Notes: generated from the letters alone by a model not told the origin. 6,024 nt of DNA from Octopus sinensis (GCF_006345805.1 NW_021829448.1:1-6024), one strand, 5' to 3'; shown: positions 1 to 6,024, counted from the first letter of the stretch. Translations and numbers: made by a program.

Positions 1-127
1 ACCCACCACCACCACTGCAAGAGCCGCCATGACCACCACTACTGCCATTACCACCACCATCCACCACCGCCTCCACCACCACCACTATCAACAACAACAA
101 CAACAACTACTACCACCACAACTACAA
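1..127. repeat. Compound trinucleotide microsatellite (CCA)n/(AAC)n/(CTA)n, probably truncated by the window start
   Basis: Imperfect ACC/CCA runs at 1-86, then an AAC run and CTA/CCA units to about 127. Confidence 0.9.
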
Positions 128-222
128 CGGCAATAACCCATCATCAGCCGGGCACATCTAGAGATCATACTTGATTTAAGCAGTTTTATAGACAAGCAAA
201 AAATAAACAAAGGAAGTGAATA

Positions 223-320
223 CCACCACACACACACACACACAATCTTACACTCACTCACACACAAACAAGCACACACACACACACACATAGGCACTCG
301 TACACTCGTACACACACCCA
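223..320. repeat. Imperfect (CA)n dinucleotide microsatellite
   Basis: CA runs interrupted by short variants (CACT, CAAA, CTCG). Confidence 0.9.
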
Positions 321-427
321 TAAACACTCACAGCGCACAAGATATGTCTTCCATTAGCCTAGATTTTGTCGCTGCCATACCCATAATCCTTTGCGTGGCC
401 TCCGTGTGGCAGTGGCAGTAAAATAGG

Positions 428-598
428 TGTGTGCGTACGTGTGTGTCTGTCTGTGCGCGTGCGTGTGATTATTATCATTATCGACGCCATCATAATCATC
501 ATCATCATCATCGTCATTATCATCGTCATCGTCATCGTCGTCATCGTCATCGTAATCGTCGTTGTCGTCATCTTCATCATCATGATTATTATTAACTG
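428..598. repeat. (TG)n tract followed by (ATC/GTC/ATT)n trinucleotide tract
   Basis: TG/CG alternation at 428-466, then ATT/ATC/GTC units at 467-598. This is the source of the poly-Asp and poly-Met ORFs. Confidence 0.9.
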
Positions 599-628
599 TT
601 ATTGAGTCTTCTTTCAATTGTAATTTCA

Positions 629-747
629 CCTCCTCTTCTTCTTCTTCTTTTTTTCTTTCTTTCTTCTTTCTTTCTCTCTTCTTCTTCTTCTTCTTCTTCT
701 TCTTCTTCTTCTTCTTCTTCTTCTTCTTCCTCCTCCTCCTCCTCCTT
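629..747. repeat. Homopyrimidine tract containing (CTT)17(CCT)6
   Basis: 119 nt with no purine on the + strand. Perfect CTT x17 at 678-728, then CCT x6 at 729-746. Confidence 0.95.
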
Positions 748-927
748 ACTCTTCTTTATTACCTTCATCTCATTTTACCGTCTTTTCCATTTCTTGCACC
801 TCGACGTTTCTTTTTTGTAACTCCCACCACCCCACCACCGCCATCCCCAACACACACGCGCACAGACAAATTGTAAACAGCCCCTGTGATATCACCCTTC
901 TCTACACCCCTATGGCTAACAAGAGAA

Positions 928-1032
928 ATCATCATCATCATCGTCATCATCTTTCATATTATTATTATTATCGTCATTATCATCATCATTATTATTATTA
1001 TCGTCATTAATCAATCATTAATCATCATTTTA

Positions 1033-1079
<47 letters not shown>

Positions 1080-1104
1080 TTAGTATTAATCATTATTATT
1101 ATTA

Positions 1105-1138
<34 letters not shown>

Positions 1139-1433
1139 CATTATTATTATTATTATTATATTATCATTATCATCATTATTAATTATTATTATATTATTAT
1201 TAATTATTATTATTATTATTATTATTGTTATTATTATTATTATTATATTATTATTATTATTATTATTATATTATTGTTATTATTATATTATATTATTATT
1301 ATTATTATTATTATTACTACTACTATTATTATTATTTCTATTATTTTTATTATTATTATTATTAATTATTATTATTATTATTATTAGATTATTATTATTA
1401 TTTCATCATCACATCATTATTATTATTATTATT
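928..1433. repeat. Long imperfect (ATC)n to (ATT)n microsatellite, about 500 bp
   Basis: ATC units grade into ATT units with frequent single-base phase shifts. Confidence 0.95.
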
Positions 1434-1434
1434 T

Positions 1435-1518
1435 GTAGCAGTGGTAGAAGTAGTGGTTTGTAGTAGTTGTTTTGTTGTTGTTGCTGCTGTTGTTGTGTTG
1501 GTGGTGGTGGTGGTGGTG
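1435..1518. repeat. Compound (GTA)/(GTT)/(GGT)n microsatellite
   Basis: GTA-rich units, then GTT units, then GGT units. Confidence 0.85.
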
Positions 1519-1685
1519 TCGAGGTAGAGGATAAGTGCTGGGGGTACGGTTAGCACATTAAATCCTCTTTATCATTATCTCATTCATAAAAAAAAACTTC
1601 TAAATAATGTACATCTGGAGCAGCTCAGTGAATGAATTGAGCGAATGACTAACTCATCTTGTGCTACATATTCAATGATCCGTGT

Positions 1686-1748
1686 AGGGAGGGACAGGAG
1701 GAGAGGGGAGAGGGAGAGAGCGAAGGAGAGAGAGAGGGAGAGGGAGTG
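1686..1748. repeat. Purine-rich (GA)n/(GGA)n tract
   Basis: Almost exclusively G/A on the + strand. Confidence 0.8.
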
Positions 1749-1799
1749 GTAATGGGGTGGAGGTAGACATTTTTTTACGTGTGTTTTAGAATTTTGTGT

Positions 1800-2088
1800 A
1801 GGTATAGATATGGAGTCGTGTGTGTGTCTTAATATGTATGCGTATGCGTCTATGTATATGCATCCATAAATATATATATAAGTATGATTTTTATAAGTAT
1901 TTATATGAATTTATATGTGCATTATATGTGGTACGCGTGTGTACAAACACGTATACGCATAATTATTTTATACACGTATAATTTATTTATATATATGAAT
2001 GTATATACGCGTACTCACCCACACATATATATGTGGCTACACATACACACACACATATGTTATATATATATATATATACGTATATGTT

Positions 2089-2134
<46 letters not shown>

Positions 2135-2416
2135 TATAAATATATATGAATATATGTGAATGAATATACGCGACTCACCCACATATATATGTGGCTACAT
2201 ACATACATATATTTATATATATATATTCATATATATTCATATATATACACACACACAAACATATACGTATATATATATATATATATTATATTATATATAT
2301 TATATATATATGTATATGTATATATATGTAGCCACATATTATATGTGGGTGAGTACGTGTATATACATTCATATATTTATATATATATATATATAAAATA
2401 GACACAAGCATATACG

Positions 2417-2455
<39 letters not shown>

Positions 2456-2703
2456 GTATTATGTATATAGCCACATATATATGTGAGCGAGTATGCGTTT
2501 ATACATTCATATATATTCATATATACACACACATATATGTATATATATTTATATATATATACTGAGAAAGAGAGAGACAGAGACAGAGACAGAGAGGCGT
2601 AGATAGATATGTAGGTATAATTGTATCCAATACACGCGCACATACATATATGTATGTAATTATGTATGTATATTTTCTTTGAGGTTTAACTTTTTATGTA
2701 TGT
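1800..2703. repeat. (TA)n/(TG)n/(TATG)n low-complexity block containing a composite ~140-160 bp repeat in two forward and two inverted copies
   Basis: Core ATGAATGTATATACGCGTACTCACCCAC(AC)ATATATATGTGGCTAC at 1995-2040 (+), 2156-2198 (+), 2328-2372 (-) and 2468-2510 (-). A GA/GACA tract lies at about 2564-2596. Confidence 0.85.
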
Positions 2704-2706
2704 ACG

Positions 2707-2930
2707 TTAAGCCCGGCTCAACCCTGAGATCAAAGGTGTTCCAGCTGTGATCTATCCTTTTCGTTGTTGTTGTAGTTGTAGTCGTTATCGTTGTTGATTA
2801 AACCCGGCTTTACCCTCAGATCAAAGGTATTCAAGCTACAACATATCGCGTTCGTGTTGTTGTTTAGCCCCAGGTCAGCCTGGTTTGAGCACATCTAACG
2901 TCAAAGCTTCCCAGTTTGGATCATTTCGTA
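2707..2930 (-). mobile_element. Three tandem 3'-tail fragments of a retroposon (SINE/LINE-type), units B and C ending in an (AAC)n tail on the minus strand
   Basis: Units A (2707-2746) and B (2798-2837) match at 34/40. Unit C (from about 2863) shares TTAGCCCC..CCTG..TCAAAG..CCAG. (GTT)n tracts precede B and C on +. Resembles, from memory only, an abundant octopus repeat ending ...CTGACCTGGGGCTAAACAACAAC. Confidence 0.55.
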
Positions 2931-3046
2931 TTTTATTCAGACACCTGCATTCAGGAGGCCACGGTTACGCTATCTAATGCTGTGGTTCACAGTCGGGGTC
3001 CATATGGCCCTTTGGGGATGGGGGAAGGAGTTCACATGAGATTTTG

Positions 3047-3480
3047 TGGATCTTTTCGGTTTGAACGGCAGTTTTTTAAAATAATTTCCACGTAACTAAA
3101 CACTTTTAAACTTCGTATACTGGTAGAATGTGTTTATAAAACATCTTTTTCTCTTGGCTTTATTGAGAAAATTCTATAGTTTGTAAGATATTTGTTGTTT
3201 TGTTTTCTACAATTTCTGCAATTTCAACCATCACTGATGTCTATTGAGATGAAAAACATTCTGTGCCGTATGAATATGTCCCTCGTTTAAGAAACCGATT
3301 GGGTTTATTTACATTTGTGAAGAAAAAAGATACCCTTCCCCCCACCCCTAACCCTAACACTAACTAACCCTAACCCTAAAACAGATTGAAATGCAATAGA
3401 TCGATACTAGGGTCATAAATATGGGTGACAATTTCATATGACACCGCTAGAAAAACTGCCGTTCAAACCGAAAAGATTCA
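3047..3480. mobile_element. MITE / non-autonomous DNA transposon, 434 bp, superfamily unassigned
   Basis: Perfect 27-bp TIR ATCTTTTCGGTTTGAACGGCAGTTTTT (3050-3076) and its reverse complement (3451-3477), extendable to 30 bp with 1 mismatch. Direct repeat ATTTTG at 3041-3046 and 3481-3486 is a candidate TSD. No transposase ORF inside. Confidence 0.85.
3346..3379 (-). repeat. Telomere-type (TTAGGG)n-like repeat inside the MITE
   Basis: The + strand reads CCCTAA CCCTAA CACTAA CTAA CCCTAA CCCTAA: four perfect units, one variant and one partial. Confidence 0.85.
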
Positions 3481-3629
3481 ATTTTGTTGTTAAAAGTCAA
3501 GTGCGGATTACTCTTCTACGATGCACAAAATATTTCTTTTACTTGCGTAGGTCATGTAAAGGAGTAAAAGCTTCCTTGCAAGTTCGTGACATCCCGTTCT
3601 ACAGTGTGCTGTGGTATTGATGTAGCATT

Positions 3630-3721
3630 CATACTGGTTTCATGTTTTGGCACAGAGCCAGCAGTTACGAGGGAAGGGGCAAGTCGATTACATCAACCCG
3701 ATGCTCAACTGGTACTTATTT
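3630..3721 (-). mobile_element. 3' half of a tRNA-derived SINE (tail type 2), 5'-truncated, inverted relative to its neighbours
   Basis: Reverse complement AAATAAGTACCAGTTGAGCATCGGGTTGATGTAATCGACTT...CTGCTGGCTCTGTGCCAAAACATGAAAC aligns to 4031-4116 at about 68/86 by manual alignment. Confidence 0.85.
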
Positions 3722-3952
3722 GGTGGCGAGCTGGCTGAATCGTTAGCACGCCGGGAAAAATACTTCGTGGTATTTTGTCTGTCGCTACGTTCTGAGTTCA
3801 AATTCCGCCGAGGTCGACGTTGCCTTTCATCCTTTCGGGGTCGATTAAATAAGTACCAGTTACACACTTGGGTCGATGTAATCGACTTTGTCCCTTTGTC
3901 AGTCCTTGTTTGTTCCCTCTATGTTTAGCTCCTTGTGGGCAATAACGAAATA
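3722..3952 (+). mobile_element. Apparently full-length tRNA-derived SINE (tail type 1, LINE-like tail)
   Basis: tRNA-like head with A-box-like TGGCTGAATCGT and B-box-like GTTCAAATTC. A 120-nt body is shared with 3953-4072 (98/120, ungapped). The 3' tail ends ...CTTGTGGGCAATAACGAAATAG. Matches my recollection of an abundant Octopus SINE. Confidence 0.85.
3732..3806 (+). promoter_or_regulatory. Internal RNA polymerase III type-2 promoter (A box 3732-3743, B box 3796-3805) of the SINE head
   Basis: TGGCTGAATCGT resembles the TRGCNNARYGG consensus and GTTCAAATTC resembles GTTCRANNCC. Spacing is typical of tRNA-derived SINEs. Activity is unknown. Confidence 0.65.
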
Positions 3953-4123
3953 GGTATTTTGTCTTTCGTTACAGTCTGATTTCAAATCCCGCTGAGGTCG
4001 ACTTTGCATTTTATCATTTCGGGGTTAATAAAATAAGTGCCAGTTGAGTTCTGGGGTTGATGTAATCGACTTAATCCCTTCTTTGAAATTGCTGGCCTTG
4101 TGCCAAAATTTGAAACTGTATTA
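3953..4123 (+). mobile_element. 5'-truncated, older SINE of the same body family (tail type 2)
   Basis: Starts at GGTATTTTGTCT (equivalent to 3769), lacks the A box and has a mutated B box (TTTCAAATCC). Shows CpG decay relative to the 3722 copy. Tail ...TTGCTGGCCTTGTGCCAAAATTTGAAAC. Confidence 0.85.
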
Positions 4124-4618
4124 GATTACGAAGATAGAACGAAGTACCTGTTGAATATTGAGCAAGATGTAGTGTTCCTTTTTATTGATTGATTAAGCAA
4201 AGATTACTAAACAAGATTTCCAAGATTTCCAACAACCAGATTTCACTCACGTGGTTTCGATCGATCCGGCCTAAGAGGCAGTTGAGCGTAAAGGAATGGG
4301 AAGCGAACTCGAAACTGCATAGATGAGATGTGATCATTATAACTACACAACCACATGCATACTCTGTTGAAATCTTCACTTATAATCAAACATCTTAAAA
4401 AGATATCCATGAAAGTATTCTATCAAAATTTCAGGTGTATTTCTGTTCTAGATGCCAGGTAAATAATGACGAACTATTTTACTAAATTTTTAATTGTTTT
4501 AAAAGATATTGAAATTAAGGTAGTGTATTTCATGAGAAATAATGTAGACGATTCGATCGGTTTAATCTCCGATTGTCATCAGACCAGATTATTTAAGATT
4601 AGCAACGCTATTTCTTAT

Positions 4619-4683
4619 CCACGCTGCTTCGAAAGCACATGGTTGCAAAGCGAACTTCTCAGCAACACAACTACGCTTGCACC
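4619..4683 (-). mobile_element. Degenerate 5' head of a second tRNA-derived SINE family, B-box region apparently deleted
   Basis: Minus strand GGTGCAAGCGTAGTTGTGTTGCTGAGAAGTTCGCTTTGCAACCATGTGCTTTCG resembles a recalled octopus SINE head (GGCGCAGGCGTGGCTGTGTGGT..AGAAG.TTGCTT..CAACCA.GTGGTT). There is no second copy in the window to confirm it. Confidence 0.4.
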
Positions 4684-4686
4684 TTT

Positions 4687-5177
4687 TATGTATGTACGTA
4701 CATACAAGGGATGTATGTATGTATGTATGTATGTATGTATGTATGTATGTATGTATGTATGTATGTATGTATGTATGCATGTATGATATGTATGTACGTA
4801 CGTACGCAGACGTACTGTATGTATGTATGTATGTATGTATGTATGCATGCATGCATGCATGTATGTATGCATGTCTGTATGTATGTATGTATGTATGTAT
4901 GTACGTACGTACGTACGTGTTTGTATGTATGTATGTTTGTATGTATGCATGTATGTATGTATGCATGTATGTATGTATGTATGTATGCATGCATGTATGT
5001 ATGTGTGTATGTATGTATGTATGCATGTATGTATGTATGCGTATGTATGTATGTTTCTATGTATGCATATATGCATGTATGTGTGTGCGTGTATATATAT
5101 ATACGTGTGTGTGTGTGTGCCATATATATAAGTTTGTATGCATGCGTGTATATATGTATACATTCATGTATGTATGT
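4687..5177. repeat. Long (TATG)n tetranucleotide array with TACG/TGCA/TGTG variants
   Basis: About 490 bp of TATG-based units. It generates the MYVC and HTYI repeat ORFs. Confidence 0.95.
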
Positions 5178-5525
5178 CAGTGTGTATGGGGACTGGAGCA
5201 AGTGCGTGTAACCATGATAACAAACAGGTGACTAAAGACAGCTTTGTCTATTGAAGTGTACGCATCAGTTAATTTGAAAGGAAAAAACGGATGACGGTTA
5301 AAAGCTTTCAACGGCAGCCATATTATCATTGAACGTATCGCATGCATCGGGTGGCCCATCTTTAAAGTTACGCGAGAAACATGAAATTTGGGAATGTAGG
5401 AAACGGTTCAAAGTAATTCTCATTTCTTACATTCTTTGTTTCAGAATTTATTTATTTATTTCATTTACTTTGTTATTAGTTTATAATAATTGTCAAGGAT
5501 TGAGTTAATGTGGTGAATATTACAA

Positions 5526-6024
5526 AGAGATAGATAAGTTTCTTTATTGGCCACACAGGGCTGCACACAGATGGGACAAGTTACAAGGTAGAGCTTTTCT
5601 TTTGGGGGATGAAAAAAAACAAAAAAACAAAAGAATAAAAAGGGGTGGCGTAGGTTTTCGATCAAGAGGGATCGTAAAAGGAAAGAAAAGGACAAAAAAA
5701 AATAAAAATTAAAATAAAAATAAAAAGAATAAAAGGAAAAAAAGAAAAGGAAAAAAAAGGAAACAAAAGAAAAGAGAATGAAAAAAGAAGAAAAAAGGGG
5801 ATAAAAAGGGGAAGAGGTAAAAAAACGATCAATAGGGATCGTGTATCACAGTGTTATGATATATGGTGTAAGGGGAAAGCAAGTAAGGTTTATCGTGGAA
5901 GGAAGAAAAGCCTACGAAAAAGACCACGGTATCCTTGGTCAATATTGTTATATGTTACCACATTTGTTTGCAAGTGGGTAACCCTCTGTTTTCAATTTCT
6001 GGGTTCATAGGATTATGCTCAAGG
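5526..6024 (-). mobile_element. Probable 3' end (3' UTR, possibly the last ORF2 codons) of a non-LTR retrotransposon (LINE), truncated by the window end
   Basis: On the minus strand: a possible terminal frame ..LSIIL-stop (TGA at 6007-6005), a ~460-nt UTR with a long U-rich tract, AATAAA (5548-5543) and a short TATC-type tail (5526-5537). The 3' 50 nt are homologous to the SINE tail at 3904-3950. An L1/Tx1-like affinity is recollection only; no RT sequence is visible. Confidence 0.6.
5543..5548 (-). terminator. Polyadenylation signal AATAAA at the 3' end of the LINE-like element
   Basis: TTTATT on the + strand, 5 nt from the tail. The equivalent position in the SINE copy reads AATAAC. Confidence 0.55.

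Noticed and set aside
332-399. Possible minus-strand exon (ATQRIMGMAATKSRLMEDISCA) ending at a GTGAGT donor
   Set aside because: The acceptor is a poor GAG with a weak pyrimidine tract, GTGAGT arises trivially in TG repeats, and the peptide is not recognisable.
88-1083. ORFs with poly-Cys, poly-Asp, poly-Met/Thr, poly-Ser, poly-Ile/Tyr
   Set aside because: These are direct translations of di- and trinucleotide microsatellites, with no domain-like sequence.
1884-2643. Overlapping YI/HT-rich ORFs on both strands
   Set aside because: Stop-free frames are produced by (TA)n/(CA)n repeats.
1995-2837. CRISPR-like regularly spaced repeats
   Set aside because: The context is eukaryotic, the spacers are microsatellites, orientation is mixed, and no cas genes are present.
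3346-3379. True telomere or chromosome-fusion scar
   Set aside because: It is only about 34 bp, degenerate, in a single orientation, and enclosed between MITE TIRs.
3722-3812. Functional tRNA gene
   Set aside because: It has A/B boxes but no convincing cloverleaf or anticodon arm and no T-run terminator, and it continues into a SINE body.
3813-3890. HDV-like or hammerhead ribozyme in the SINE body
   Set aside because: A P1-like helix with a G-U first pair can be drawn, but I could not fit P3/L3, the P1.1 GG or J4/2 by hand. No CTGANGA/GAAA hammerhead core is present.
4245-4320. Possible further SINE remnants (CACGTGGTTTCGATCGATCC; GGGAAGCGAACTCGAAAC)
   Set aside because: The matches to B-box-like motifs are too short to support a call.
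4466-5231. Long ORFs (102-190 aa) of MYVC/HTYI repeats, including 4466-4786
   Set aside because: (TATG)n lacks stops in several frames. The non-repeat N-terminus of 4466-4786 resembles nothing I recognise and overlaps a decayed SINE head.
5298-5423. 41-aa minus-strand ORF MRITLNRF...DGPPDACDTFNDNMAAVESF and the overlapping 5177-5359 ORF
   Set aside because: They are short, carry no recognisable motif, and their length is within chance expectation.
5228-5444. Possible + strand intron (CAG|GTGACT ... TTCTTTGTTTCAG) followed by overlapping ATTTA motifs
   Set aside because: The upstream 'exon' emerges from the TATG array with no acceptor tract, and the downstream sequence is AT-rich with early stops. 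(TTTA)n is explained equally well as a simple repeat.

Overview
Non-coding, repeat-saturated animal genomic DNA. The SINE families and dense ATT/TATG microsatellites resemble an octopus (coleoid cephalopod) intron or intergenic region; that taxon call is from recalled repeat consensuses, not a search. No protein-coding gene is supported, and almost all supplied ORFs are translations of simple repeats. Bases 1-2700 are compound microsatellites that include a composite repeat arranged as two forward then two inverted units (1995-2545). Next come three tandem retroposon-like 3' tails (2707-2930, minus) and a 434-bp MITE with 27-bp perfect TIRs and internal telomere-type CCCTAA repeats (3047-3480). 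A cluster of three tRNA-derived SINE pieces follows (3630-4123), then a decayed SINE head, a long (TATG)n array, and the probable 3' end of a LINE (about 5526-6024, minus). Most interesting: the last 47 nt of the full-length SINE align with the last 50 nt of the LINE-like element (37/50 columns, with a shared mini-hairpin before AATAA), while neighbouring SINEs with the same body carry a different tail. This suggests a SINE that acquired a new LINE partner, with both members in one window. Two weak candidate small exons (3551-3613, 4435-4458) are flagged as speculative.
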